Shown here one piece after another: positions 47,277 to 57,006 of a DNA stretch of 57,006 nt. Under the pieces are notes generated by a model. The model was given only the letters and a program-made list of their open reading frames with translations. It did no database searches and was not told the DNA's origin. The stretch is from Actinomycetota bacterium (GTDB lineage Bacteria > Actinomycetota > Actinomycetes > S36-B12), in NCBI GenBank assembly GCA_017857875.1, contig JAFMCH010000005.1:1-57006 (forward strand). The letters run 5' to 3'. How positions within the stretch are numbered: position 1 is the stretch's first letter; each line of letters opens with the position of its first letter. A program made the position numbers and the translations under genes.

Positions 47277-48560
47277 CTAACGCGCTTCTAGGGCCACGTA
47301 GTCGCGCATCGGTTCGCCCACGTACACCTGACGAGGGCGACCGATCTTGGTCGTGGGGTCGTCGATCATTTCGCGCCACTGCGCGATCCAGCCGGGTAGC
47401 CGACCCAGGGCGAACAAGACGGTGAACATCCGCGGCGGAAAGCCCATCGCCTTGTAAATCAACCCGGTGTAGAAGTCGACATTCGGGTAGAGCCGACGAG
47501 ACACGAAGAAGTCATCAGCCAACGCGACCTCTTCGAGACGCAAGGCAATATCTAGCAGTGGATCCTTTACCTGCAATGCCTCAAAGGTCTCATAGGCGGC
47601 CTTTTTTACGATGGCCGCCCGCGGATCGTAGTTCTTGTACACCCGATGCCCAAAGCCCATCAGCTTCACGCCGTCCTCGCGGTTTTTCACCTGGCGAATG
47701 AAGGTGTTGACACCGCCGCCTGATGCATGGATCCCCTCGAGCATCTCCAGCACCGCCTGATTGGCTCCGCCATGAAGCGGACCGAACAACGCGTTGATGC
47801 CCGCCGACACGGAGGCGAACATATTGGCATGCGAGGAGCCCACCAGCCGCACCGTTGAGGTGGAGCAGTTTTGTTCATGATCGGCGTGGAGCAACAACAA
47901 CATGTTGAGTGTGCGCGAGACAACCGGATTGATCTCGTAATCCTCCGCAGGAACACCGAAGGTCATGCGCAGGAAGTTATCGACGAACCCGAGTGAATTA
48001 TCCGGATACAAAAAGGGCTGGCCGACCGACTTCTTGTAGGCATACGCGGCGATGGTGGGCATTTTTGCCAGCAGCCGGATGGTCGAGATTTCGACCTGCT
48101 CGGGATCAAATGGATCGAGAGCATCTTGATAGAAGGTCGACAGCGCCGAAACCGCCGAAGACAACACCGGCATCGGATGAGCATCCGGTGGAAATCCATC
48201 AAAGAAACGTCGCAGGTCTTCGTGCAGCATCGTGTGGCGTTTGATGTTCGACTTGAACTCGCCGAGCGCCTCTGGCGTGGGCAATTCGCCGTAAATCAAC
48301 AGGTAGGCAGTCTCCAAGAACGTGGATTGCTCCGCCAATTGTTCGATCGGATAGCCGCGGTATCGCAAGATGCCCTTGTCGCCGTCGATGTACGTCACCG
48401 ACGATGAACAGGCCGCCGTGTTGACGAAGCCGTGATCGAGCGTGACGTGACCGGTGGTGGATAACAGCGGAGCGATGTTGTAGCCATCTTCGCCGATGGT
48501 GGCGTGGACTTCGGGAAGGTCAAGGCTTCCACCCGGGTAGTTCAAGACCGCATCGGTCAC
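47277..48560 (-). CDS. gltA: Citrate synthase
   Basis: YIDGDKGILRYRGYPIE, HADHEQNCST, GPLHGGAN, GFGHRVYK, YPNVDFY; SD AAGGAGG before GTG 48560. Confidence 0.96.
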   Translation of the reverse strand: MTDAVLNYPGGSLDLPEVHATIGEDGYNIAPLLSTTGHVTLDHGFVNTAACSSSVTYIDGDKGILRYRGYPIEQLAEQSTFLETAYLLIYGELPTPEALGEFKSNIKRHTMLHEDLRRFFDGFPPDAHPMPVLSSAVSALSTFYQDALDPFDPEQVEISTIRLLAKMPTIAAYAYKKSVGQPFLYPDNSLGFVDNFLRMTFGVPAEDYEINPVVSRTLNMLLLLHADHEQNCSTSTVRLVGSSHANMFASVSAGINALFGPLHGGANQAVLEMLEGIHASGGGVNTFIRQVKNREDGVKLMGFGHRVYKNYDPRAAIVKKAAYETFEALQVKDPLLDIALRLEEVALADDFFVSRRLYPNVDFYTGLIYKAMGFPPRMFTVLFALGRLPGWIAQWREMIDDPTTKIGRPRQVYVGEPMRDYVALEAR

Positions 48561-48676
48561 GCGGGACCTCCTTTGGTGAGCCCCGGTTAGGGCTTGGTCA
48601 TTGGCCCGGATGTGGGCACTCGATCGCTTTTGCACCAATACCGTACCTAGGTCCGGCATCGCCCCTGGCATGAACC

Positions 48677-49777
48677 CTACCCACGGCCACCGAGGCGCTC
48701 GGCAGCACGGTCAATGACCACGTCTGGGGCTGTGAGACACACGCGGACGTGTTCGGCACCGACGCTGCCGTAGAAGTCCCCGGGTGTGACCAGGATTCCT
48801 TCGGCCGCCAGCGCAGCCGCAGTTTGCCAGCAATTTTCCCCACGCGTGGCCCACAGGTACAGGCCTGCCTGACTGTGATCGATCCGAAAACCATTGCCCT
48901 GCAGGGCTGTGCGCAGGATGGCCCTGCGATGCAGATAGACCTCTCGTTGACGTTGCACATGCTCGTCATCATTGAGAGCGGCGACGGCCGCAGCCTGAAT
49001 CGGCGAGGGCACCAGCAATCCCAGATGCTTGCGCACCTGCAAGATCTGCGTCACCAACGCCTGATCGCCGGCCAGAAATCCGAATCGGTAACCCGCCATG
49101 TTCGACCGCTTCGACAGCGAATGCAGGCTGATAACGCCCTGCCGATCTGTGCCGCACACCTTGGGGTGCAGCATCGACACGTGCTCACCTTCCCAGGCAA
49201 ACTCCGCGTAACACTCATCAGATGCCACGACGGCACCAGCCTCGCGGGCGGCGGTGAGAAGCGCCCGCTGTTCGGCGGCCGTATGCATGCCGCCGGTGGG
49301 GTTACTCGGTGAATTGATCCAGACCAACGACGCACCGGCGATGTCGTCCACGTCATCGCTCACGACCACCTGACACCCAGCAAGACGAGCACCCACGTCG
49401 TAGGTGGGGTAGGCCAGCGTGGGAATCACGACGCGATCATCAGGCCCGAGCCCGAGCAGGGTCGGCAGTAGAGCCACCATCTCCTTGGACCCGATACTGG
49501 GAATGATGCGGTCAGCGTCGGTCAGGACTACATCGAGGCTGCGGGCCAACCAGTCAGCCGCAGCAGCGCGAACGGCATCGGAGCCGACCGTCGTGGGGTA
49601 TCCCGGCGCATCCGCGGCCTGACACAGGTCATGTTGGGCCATGCGTGGCGTGGGATCAACCGGCGTGCCGATGGTCAGATCGGCGATCCCACGTGGGTGG
49701 GCCTGCGCGGTAGCAACCAGCGGCGCTAAGCGGTCCCAGGGAAAGTCCGGCAGCGAGTGCGACCGAGCCGGAATCAG
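48677..49777 (-). CDS. dapC: Succinyldiaminopimelate transaminase; probable CTG start
   Basis: LPDFPWD..ADLTIGTPVDPTP N-terminus upstream of the track's ATG; NSPSNPTG, SDECY, SLSKRSNMAGYR; follows fdxA. Confidence 0.92.
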   Translation of the reverse strand: MIPARSHSLPDFPWDRLAPLVATAQAHPRGIADLTIGTPVDPTPRMAQHDLCQAADAPGYPTTVGSDAVRAAAADWLARSLDVVLTDADRIIPSIGSKEMVALLPTLLGLGPDDRVVIPTLAYPTYDVGARLAGCQVVVSDDVDDIAGASLVWINSPSNPTGGMHTAAEQRALLTAAREAGAVVASDECYAEFAWEGEHVSMLHPKVCGTDRQGVISLHSLSKRSNMAGYRFGFLAGDQALVTQILQVRKHLGLLVPSPIQAAAVAALNDDEHVQRQREVYLHRRAILRTALQGNGFRIDHSQAGLYLWATRGENCWQTAAALAAEGILVTPGDFYGSVGAEHVRVCLTAPDVVIDRAAERLGGRG

Positions 49778-50100
49778 TTGTCTACTTCCTTGGCCGGCAC
49801 AAGGGTCACGATGCCGACATCAAAGGGCTGAGCGCCCAGCTTTGCCGCGCCCCCGGGTGACCCGAGGTCGGCGAAGAACTCAGCGTTCGCAGCCGTGTAA
49901 TCACTCCATTCATCAGGCACATCATCTTCATAGAAGATCGCCTCGACCGGACACACCGGCTCGCAAGCGCCGCAGTCCACGCATTCGTCTGGCTGGATGT
50001 AGAGCATGCGTTCGCCCTCATAAATGCAGTCAACCGGACATTCCTCAATGCAGGACTTGTCCTTGATATCGACACACGGAAACGCGATGACGTAGGTCAC
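49774..50100 (-). CDS. fdxA: 7Fe ferredoxin
   Basis: MTYVI..PCVDIKDKSCIEECPVDCIYEG..CVDCGACEPVCPVEAI. Confidence 0.96.
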   Translation of the reverse strand: MTYVIAFPCVDIKDKSCIEECPVDCIYEGERMLYIQPDECVDCGACEPVCPVEAIFYEDDVPDEWSDYTAANAEFFADLGSPGGAAKLGAQPFDVGIVTLVPAKEVDN

Positions 50101-50127
50101 CTGGCTTGAGTCCCTTCACGCATTGTT

Positions 50128-50150
50128 CCGGGGCGGACTTCCCGCCCCGG
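50128..50150. terminator. GC-rich hairpin between vanW-family gene and fdxA
   Basis: CCGGGGCGG-ACTTC-CCGCCCCGG 9-bp stem right after the vanW stop; no U-tail. Confidence 0.45.
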
Positions 50151-50153
50151 GGT

Positions 50154-52052
50154 TCACGCTACAACGGAAGGTTCAACCGCGACGTTCTCACCCTGCGCCC
50201 CGTCAGAGTCCCCGTCTTCTTCGGGCGCCGGTGGGTCAGGTTCACTCGTCGGCTCGGGAGTTTGGGTTTCCTCGTCCTTGCTGTCTTCCTCGTTCTTTTC
50301 TTCGTCTTTTTCTTTTGGCTTCTCCCCGCAGATTACTCGCGGCGAGGGGCTGTAGTCGGTGGTAAAGGTTTCACGTGCGACCTCCTCGGTGCCCTGGTAA
50401 AAGACGCGGTCCACGTCAATGGTGAAGCCCTGGGTACCCGATTGCGCGGCACAGCGATCGGAGTTGTTGTAAATCGTGCTGAAATTAGTGACGCCGTAGC
50501 GCTGGCCAACCTCGGCCTCAATATCGGTGTACTCCTTGGTGCCGTACATCGTCACGGTCATCGATGTAGGTGTGGTGCTCGCCACGATGAAGACGCCGTA
50601 GGGGGTGTTGTTGCGGAACTTCATGTCGAAGTAGTCCCACGCAACCGTCGCTTCGAGTCCGGGCACATAGCGAGAGATGTAAATCGAATGTGCTCGTACC
50701 TCGACAGGCTCAAGGCCGGCGTAGAAAGCTGCCGACCACATCGTTGTGGTCGCCGCTGAGATGCCACCACCGAGCGCTTTGTCGAATACACCCCCGGCGC
50801 CAATGACATAGCCCTCCATGTAGCCGTCGACCGGGTCACGGTTCTCTGTCGTGTCATTCATCGAAAACGTGTCACCAGGCAGCAGTAACGTTCCGTTGAT
50901 GTATTCGGCGGCCAGCGCAAGATTGTGTTCCATGTATGGCGCGTAAGACACCTGCTGGGTAAAGCTAGAGATCTCTTCGACCACTCCCAGTGTTCGGGCG
51001 TCTGCGGTGGTGATGCTCGGGTCACGAACCGTGATGGGTGCGGTCGTCACCCGTTCGGCGCCCGTAAGGTCCAATACAGAGTCAACGGCGGCGGCCAGAT
51101 CGTCATCAGCCACGCCCTCACCGACCTTCGAGGGCACAACTGCCGGAGTCCCGTTCACGATTTGGAAGGTGGCGTTATTACCCGGAGTTTCGATCGGAGC
51201 CAACTGATCGGCGATCGACTTGTATAGCTTCGATCCGTTCAACACATGTCCGAACTCACCGTCTACCGCTTCGAAGCTCAAAGATTTGGCGATGACCTCA
51301 GGGGTTACCTCGGCCGTGACCGAACCCGCGCTCACCTGCACCGGACCTGAGACCGCATTGGTCGCGATGCCGTCACGTATAGCGATGGCCTGCTCTTCAC
51401 TCACAGAGGGCGGTATCGGGACCTCGGGCAGGCTCACCGCGCCACCGCCAGTCAAGTAAGCATCTGCCAAGAGGTCTACCGCAGCGTCGATATCGACCGT
51501 ACGGCCATCCTCGCCGGGCTCCAGAACAGGCTGAAGGCCCTCATAGGTCAGCGTCGGTTCGACCGGTTCGGTCTCCACGGTGCTGGCGAACTCCAGCAGG
51601 TTTTCGCCCAGCAGTTTCTCGTCAATGACAACAATCGGGTCGGCCGGAACCGGACCAAATAAGCGCTGCACCATGGCAAAGGGGTTGTACAGGCGGCCGC
51701 TAGCGGCCGAAACGGTGGCGGCCGCATCGAAGCGGAGCCCAAATTCAGCCGGGGATGCGTCGGTGGCGGACTCATAGGCGGTGATCTCGAGAGATTCATC
51801 GGCCATAGGTGCCAGTTCGGTGTTCAGCACATCGATCGCGGCAGATTGGGACAGGCCACCGATTTGAACGCCGAGCACGGTCGTATTGGCCGGAACGTCG
51901 CCGGCCGAGCCCACGAGCATGCCCGAGTAGAACGCTGCGGCCCCCGCTAGGACGCCACCGGTGATCAACAGCGTTCGCCGGGAGCCGGTGCCCCCAAAGG
52001 ACCACCGCCGCTCGGACGAGTCGGTGCCGTCCGGTGTTTCCGGGTAACTCAC
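50154..52052 (-). CDS. VanW family protein with peptidoglycan-binding (PG_binding_4) region
   Basis: N-terminal TM; NL..AAE.INGTLL.PGDTFS.N, GGGIS, AHSIYISRY.PGLEATV, DMKFRNNT; SD AAGGAG before GTG 52052. Confidence 0.88.
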   Translation of the reverse strand: MSYPETPDGTDSSERRWSFGGTGSRRTLLITGGVLAGAAAFYSGMLVGSAGDVPANTTVLGVQIGGLSQSAAIDVLNTELAPMADESLEITAYESATDASPAEFGLRFDAAATVSAASGRLYNPFAMVQRLFGPVPADPIVVIDEKLLGENLLEFASTVETEPVEPTLTYEGLQPVLEPGEDGRTVDIDAAVDLLADAYLTGGGAVSLPEVPIPPSVSEEQAIAIRDGIATNAVSGPVQVSAGSVTAEVTPEVIAKSLSFEAVDGEFGHVLNGSKLYKSIADQLAPIETPGNNATFQIVNGTPAVVPSKVGEGVADDDLAAAVDSVLDLTGAERVTTAPITVRDPSITTADARTLGVVEEISSFTQQVSYAPYMEHNLALAAEYINGTLLLPGDTFSMNDTTENRDPVDGYMEGYVIGAGGVFDKALGGGISAATTTMWSAAFYAGLEPVEVRAHSIYISRYVPGLEATVAWDYFDMKFRNNTPYGVFIVASTTPTSMTVTMYGTKEYTDIEAEVGQRYGVTNFSTIYNNSDRCAAQSGTQGFTIDVDRVFYQGTEEVARETFTTDYSPSPRVICGEKPKEKDEEKNEEDSKDEETQTPEPTSEPDPPAPEEDGDSDGAQGENVAVEPSVVA

Positions 52053-52083
52053 GCTGCTCCTTAGCGACGGGCTCGTATTGTCG

Positions 52084-52143
52084 TTACTACTGATTGTCAT
52101 TACTACTGATTGCCATTACTACTGATTGCCACTACTACTGACG
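52084..52143. repeat. 16-bp tandem repeat, about 3.6 copies (TTACTACTGATTGYCA)
   Basis: Units begin at 52084, 52100, 52116 and (partial) 52132. Confidence 0.92.
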
Positions 52144-52204
52144 CTCCATGGTAAGCAATGGATCCATCTAATGCGCGCAGGCGCGCATTGATGACCGGTC
52201 CCCT

Positions 52205-52615
52205 CTAGGAACCGTCGTGGGCGCTCATCCGCGCGGCCAGCATCGACTGGGTCGCCGGCCGTACCGTGGCAGCGGCTGAACCCAGCACCACCCCGACCAG
52301 CAGATAGGTGAGTTGCCGCCCACCGGTGGTGATGATCAGGTCACCCGACCACGGTGTCTTGGTGGCAAATCCGATCGTCACGAACAACCAACCCACGAAC
52401 AGGGCACTGCCGGCCCAGCGCGTTCGGGTTGCGTTCACCGCGAGCCGAATGGCCAAAACGACGACACCGAGCATGAAAATCACGCCCCACGGGATCGAGA
52501 CGCCAAAAAGCGGGGTACGAGCCGCCTGAACGAAGGCTCCTACCGTGCCCACGGCCAGACCGAGGATGAAACTGACCAACGATGCCAGGTAGGGACCTCT
52601 TGACGTCGTGCTCAC
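52205..52615 (-). CDS. Membrane protein (DUF6113-like)
   Basis: 4 TM helices, PWG and GDLII motifs; GTGA overlap with mshB. Confidence 0.7.
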   Translation of the reverse strand: MSTTSRGPYLASLVSFILGLAVGTVGAFVQAARTPLFGVSIPWGVIFMLGVVVLAIRLAVNATRTRWAGSALFVGWLFVTIGFATKTPWSGDLIITTGGRQLTYLLVGVVLGSAAATVRPATQSMLAARMSAHDGS

Positions 52616-53511
52616 AAGATCCCGGCGAATAAATCGGTCTCGCGCCCGTCGGCAGGATGCGTGGATTCACCCGTTAGGGGCTCGGTGCGGGAGTAAACGA
52701 GTCGGAAATATTCCGTTCCCATCATCTGACGGCCGACCCCATCGGCGAGGGCGAAAAACCCGCCATCGGTGGTCACCTGGGTCGCGTGCTCGCGGAGGGC
52801 AGACATTTTGCGGTCTAGGTAGTCCGCGCCCTCCACCTGGGTGGTCACCAACTCATCGGCGATCGCAAATGGGGTGTTATCAGGATCAATATCGGCAAAG
52901 CCCGAGGTATCGCCAGCCGCCTTGAGGGCCGCCACCCCCTCGACCAAGACCGATCGCGGGAATGCGGTCCAATAGAACTTGCTGATACTCCACGGCTCAC
53001 CAAGATCCGGCCGGAATCCCGGTGCCTGCGCCAACGCCGCAGCGTACGTGGTCACTCGATGCGCCTGAATGTGATCGGGGTGTCCATAGCCGCCGAACTC
53101 GTCATAGGTCACCAATACCTGCGGTCGCCGATCACGAATTAGGCCAACCAGATCTGTGGCTGCCTCGAGCAGGTCGGCATTCATGAACGCCTGCGGATGG
53201 TCGTTGCTAGGGGTTTCGACCATGCCTGAATCCCGGTACTTACCGGGTGCCCCCAGCAGTTGCCAGTCGGCAATTCCGAGCACCGTCATCGCCGCGGCCA
53301 ATTCGGTGTGGCGATGAGGCCCAAGAGCGTCGGTGTCGGCTGCGGCGAGGTGCGCCAAGTCCGGCACCAAGACCTCACCCTCTTCACCGAGTGTGCAGGT
53401 CACCAGGGTTACCGCGACGCCTTCCTCGACGTAGCGGGCCATGGTGGTCCCGGTGCCGATAATTTCGTCATCGGGATGGGCATGCACGATCATCAGCCGG
53501 CGCTCAAGCAT
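52612..53511 (-). CDS. mshB: GlcNAc-Ins deacetylase (mycothiol biosynthesis)
   Basis: VHAHPDDE, TCTLGEEGE, YRDSGM, GGYGHPDHIQAH, HATQ; start ATG 53511 after TAGGGT-N7. Confidence 0.92.
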   Translation of the reverse strand: MLERRLMIVHAHPDDEIIGTGTTMARYVEEGVAVTLVTCTLGEEGEVLVPDLAHLAAADTDALGPHRHTELAAAMTVLGIADWQLLGAPGKYRDSGMVETPSNDHPQAFMNADLLEAATDLVGLIRDRRPQVLVTYDEFGGYGHPDHIQAHRVTTYAAALAQAPGFRPDLGEPWSISKFYWTAFPRSVLVEGVAALKAAGDTSGFADIDPDNTPFAIADELVTTQVEGADYLDRKMSALREHATQVTTDGGFFALADGVGRQMMGTEYFRLVYSRTEPLTGESTHPADGRETDLFAGIL

Positions 53512-53626
53512 GTGTGCCACCCTACCCGCGCCCATCGCCCCAACTTTGGGCACATTGCGTCATGCCACGGCGCCTTTCACCCGAACTTCGACTCAGGCCA
53601 GATGACCTATCCCCCAAGATGTGTAC

Positions 53627-55834
53627 ATGACCCCTGCGGCTGCTCGCCTCGACTCGGACTTTCCACGCCAACGCGCCCGCACCCGTGGATTTCGCTCCGG
53701 AGCGCCTCGCCAACCCACGTTGTCTCCCGATGCCGACCGCCTGGTCTTTTGCCGCAGCAATGCCGGTGATGATGCGTTAACGCACCTGTGGGTTGCCGAC
53801 CTGACGACGCCCGAGGAGCCGGTCGAACGTCGAGTCGCAGACGCTGGCGCGCTGATCGGCTCGGCAGCAACGTCTGTTCCGCCCGCAGAACTCGCACGCC
53901 GCGAACGCATGCGCGAAACAAGCGACGGCATCACGTCTTACACCGTAGATTCGGCCGTCACCAAGGCCGTCTTCATCCTCAATGGTCAGATTTACGTGGT
54001 GGCATTGGACGACCCCGCAGCGCAACCAATACCTGTTTCGAGCAACGGTCCGGCGATCGACGCGCGCCTGAGCCCAGACGGCATGCGAATCGGCTATGTG
54101 TGCGATCGCGCCCTGCATGTCGTATCGCTCGACACGGCTGAACAGGTAACGCTCATGCAGCCCGATGGCGAGCATGACTCATGGGGACTAGCAGATTTTA
54201 TTGCAGCAGAAGAGTTTTCTCGAGTGCGGGGCTGGTGGTGGCTAGCCGATAGCAGCGGAGTGATCGCGCAGCATGTGGATGAATCCCCCGTCGACACATG
54301 GTGGATTTCCGATCCTGCTGAGCCGTCGAACCAGCCACGCCAGCACCGGTATCCAGCCGCAGGGCGCCCTAACGCCACAACACGACTGCAGATCGCGACC
54401 CTCGCAGGCGAACACCACAGCATCGATTGGGACCACGATGAATTCGAGTACCTGACCAACGTGAACGTGAGTCCACACGGTCAGGTACTCGTAAGTCTGC
54501 TGTCACGGGATCAACGTCGCCAACGAGTACTGCGACTCGATTTCGACTCATCAGATACGGGTTCGTTGCAGACACAGGTCATCCGCGAACACACCGACGA
54601 TTGCTGGGTCGACGTGTTTCCCGGCAGTCCCGCACTGACCCACGACGGTGCACTTGTTGAAATTGTGCGTGATACCGCAACCGACACCAACCGGCTCACC
54701 CGCAACGGCACCTTCATGAGTCCAGGAGGGCTCAACGTTCGCTCCATCACGGAAGTCACAAACGCGGGTGTCCTCGTGCAAGGGTCTATCGACCCTACGC
54801 AGGAGATTCCGTATCTGGTCACCGATAACGCCGTCATCCCGCTCGTATCACGTGGGGTGGCGTCTGCGCGCATGTCAGGTTCAATCGCCGTGTGCACTCA
54901 CACAGGCATCTCGCAGTTGACCAGCACAATGTCGGTGTGTCGCATCACGACGCCCTCCGGTGACGTACCTGACATCACTCCCGTCGCCACCATCCGATCG
55001 CATGCCCAACAACCTGAACTGAGACTAAACGTGCACGTGATCGCACCGCCTGAAAGCCAACTGCCGATAGCCGTCGTGTGGCCTCAAGGACATGTGCCGG
55101 GCACCAAGAAGTTGCCCATTCTCCTTGCCCCGTACGGCGGACCGCACGCACGGCGCGTACTCGACGCGGGTGTCGCCTACGCAACAGATCAATGGTGGGC
55201 CAACCAGGGCTACTGCGTTGTCATCATTGACGGCCGCGGCACTCCCGGTCGCGGTCCGGCTTGGGAAAGAACCGTGCAGGGCGATCTCGCCAATCCGGTA
55301 CTCGACGATCAAATCACCGGGCTCGATGCGGTTCTTGCCACCTATCCTGACGACCTGGACGCTGATCGTGTGGGAATCCACGGATGGTCCTTTGGCGGCT
55401 ACCTCGCTGCCCTGGCGGTGCTGCAAAGACCCGATCGCGTGCATGCAGCTGTGGCCGGAGCCCCCGTTACACAGTGGCGTCTCTACGACACGGCATACAC
55501 CGAGCGCTACCTAGGCGACCCTCGTGACAACGCCGCCGCATACGACTCAGCATCACTTGTGAACCAGGCTCCCGCACTTTCTCGCCCGTTGCTGCTGGTA
55601 CACGGGCTTGCTGATGACAACGTCGTTGTCGCTCATACTTTGCAGCTATCAGCAGCACTCTTGGCGGCGGGTCGAAATCACGATGTGCTGCCGCTGTCGG
55701 GAGTAACTCACATGACCCCCCAGGAAGTAATCGCCGAGAACCTTCTGTTGGCGCAGCGAGATTTTCTCAACGGGCACCTACACAAAGCCTCATTGACTAC
55801 TTCCGGCGCGAGCGAACCTTCGCCCTTTCGGTAG
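53627..55834 (+). CDS. S9 family peptidase (DPP IV-like)
   Basis: RRERMRE, IAAEEF, YGGP, GWSFGG, HGLADDNV, THM triad. Confidence 0.93.
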   Translation: MTPAAARLDSDFPRQRARTRGFRSGAPRQPTLSPDADRLVFCRSNAGDDALTHLWVADLTTPEEPVERRVADAGALIGSAATSVPPAELARRERMRETSDGITSYTVDSAVTKAVFILNGQIYVVALDDPAAQPIPVSSNGPAIDARLSPDGMRIGYVCDRALHVVSLDTAEQVTLMQPDGEHDSWGLADFIAAEEFSRVRGWWWLADSSGVIAQHVDESPVDTWWISDPAEPSNQPRQHRYPAAGRPNATTRLQIATLAGEHHSIDWDHDEFEYLTNVNVSPHGQVLVSLLSRDQRRQRVLRLDFDSSDTGSLQTQVIREHTDDCWVDVFPGSPALTHDGALVEIVRDTATDTNRLTRNGTFMSPGGLNVRSITEVTNAGVLVQGSIDPTQEIPYLVTDNAVIPLVSRGVASARMSGSIAVCTHTGISQLTSTMSVCRITTPSGDVPDITPVATIRSHAQQPELRLNVHVIAPPESQLPIAVVWPQGHVPGTKKLPILLAPYGGPHARRVLDAGVAYATDQWWANQGYCVVIIDGRGTPGRGPAWERTVQGDLANPVLDDQITGLDAVLATYPDDLDADRVGIHGWSFGGYLAALAVLQRPDRVHAAVAGAPVTQWRLYDTAYTERYLGDPRDNAAAYDSASLVNQAPALSRPLLLVHGLADDNVVVAHTLQLSAALLAAGRNHDVLPLSGVTHMTPQEVIAENLLLAQRDFLNGHLHKASLTTSGASEPSPFR

Positions 55835-57006
55835 CCGGCAGCACTGTTGTGCGAATCCGGATATCAGCCGGCGTGATCTCGACGCATTCATCCTCGCGAC
55901 AAAACTCAAGTGCCTGCTCAAGAGAGATATTCCGGTGCGGAATGAGCGGAATCAACACATCGCCCGTAGCCGAACGCATGTTGGTGAGTTTCTTTTCCTT
56001 GGTGGGGTTGACATCAAGGTCGTCGGCTCGTGAGTTCTCGCCGACGATCATGCCCTCATAGACCTCGGTACCTGGGCCCACAAACAGGGTGCCGCGCTCT
56101 TGCAGGTTCGAGAGCGCAAAACCCGTTGTGGCGCCGCGGCGATCGGCCACGAGTGATCCAGTGGGTCGAGTGCGCAGTTCGCCGTACCAAGGCTCGTATC
56201 GATCAAAGACATGGTGCAGCAGCCCGGTACCACGCGTCTCCGTCAGGAACTCGGTGCGGAACCCGATAAGCCCACGCGCAGGCACCAGGTATTCCATGCG
56301 CACCCAACCCGTGCCGTGATTGACCATTTGCTCAAGGCGACCCTTGCGTAGAGCCATGAGCTGTGTGACAACACCTAAATAATCATCAGGCACGTCGATG
56401 CTGAGCCGCTCGACGGGCTCATGGACCTTTCCGTCGATCATGCGGGTGACCACCTGCGGCTTGCCGACGGTTAATTCAAACCCTTCCCGGCGCATGATCT
56501 CGACCAGAATCGCCAGTTGAAGCTCACCTCTGCCCTGCACCTCCCAGGTGTCGGGCCGCTCGGTTGCCATCATGCGGATGCTCACGTTGCCGATGAGTTC
56601 AGCTTCCAACCGTGTCTTGACCAGTCGCGCCGTGAGTTTGGTGCCGCTCGTACCGGCCAACGGTGAGGTATTGATACCAACGGTCATCGAGATACTCGGT
56701 TCATCGACGGTAATGACCGGCAGCGGGATCGGATTCTCCGGATCGGCCAGCGTCTCCCCGATCGTAATGTCGGGCAAACCGGCAACCGCGATGATGTCGC
56801 CGGGACCGGCGGAGTCAGTGGGCACACGATCAAGTGCCTGAGTAATGAGTAGTTCAGCGATACGTGCTCGCTGCACTGAGCCGTCAGCACGACACCAGGC
56901 CACGGACTGGCCCTTGGAGATCGTGCCCTCGTGCACGCGACACAGCGCCAAACGCCCCAGGTAGGGGGATGCGTCCAGGTTTGTGACGTGGGCCTGAAGC
57001 GGTGCG
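55797..57006 (-). CDS. typA: Translational GTPase TypA/BipA, 3' part
   Basis: GRGELQLAILVE.MRREGFE, PARGLIGFR, NLQERG, VYEGMIVGENSR, KKLTNMR. Confidence 0.96.
   Translation of the reverse strand, partial: APLQAHVTNLDASPYLGRLALCRVHEGTISKGQSVAWCRADGSVQRARIAELLITQALDRVPTDSAGPGDIIAVAGLPDITIGETLADPENPIPLPVITVDEPSISMTVGINTSPLAGTSGTKLTARLVKTRLEAELIGNVSIRMMATERPDTWEVQGRGELQLAILVEIMRREGFELTVGKPQVVTRMIDGKVHEPVERLSIDVPDDYLGVVTQLMALRKGRLEQMVNHGTGWVRMEYLVPARGLIGFRTEFLTETRGTGLLHHVFDRYEPWYGELRTRPTGSLVADRRGATTGFALSNLQERGTLFVGPGTEVYEGMIVGENSRADDLDVNPTKEKKLTNMRSATGDVLIPLIPHRNISLEQALEFCREDECVEITPADIRIRTTVLPATERAKVRSRRK

Noticed and set aside
50154-52052. Vancomycin resistance locus
   Set aside because: No vanHAX or vanRS; VanW-domain genes commonly sit between mshB and fdxA
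52084-52143. Repeat as a mini CRISPR array
   Set aside because: Units are contiguous with no spacers, only 16 bp long, and no cas genes are present
55797-55834. 38-bp convergent overlap of the S9 peptidase and typA
   Set aside because: Short tail-to-tail overlaps are common in compact high-GC genomes

Overview
GC-rich actinobacterial (class Actinomycetes) chromosomal segment, almost entirely conserved housekeeping genes: argG (partial), UPF0182, PDZ-Lon, DUF2342 metalloprotease, DUF5679, uvrD2, mycoredoxin, nudC, adnAB, moeZ, TetR/DUF3107, a DEAD-box helicase, citE-like lyase, mgtE-N/DUF1003/mrp/tatB/htrA, folP, yceI, dapD, citrate synthase, dapC, fdxA, VanW-family, mshB, an S9 peptidase and typA (partial). 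I see no transposase, integrase, prophage, CRISPR array, rRNA or tRNA. The unexplained signal is non-coding. (1) A ~245-nt intergenic unit at ~17600-17845 has its own promoter, a multi-branched GNRA-rich fold and an intrinsic terminator, and I cannot assign it to a known RNA family. (2) A ~75-nt hairpin sRNA candidate at ~8440-8515 sits behind a near-consensus sigma-A promoter. (3) dapC and the DEAD-box helicase gene appear to need CTG starts overlapping an upstream TGA. (4) There is a 16-bp tandem repeat in the vanW leader, a RosR-like operator before yceI, and pervasive leaderless promoter architecture. All calls are by eye; no database search or folding program was run.
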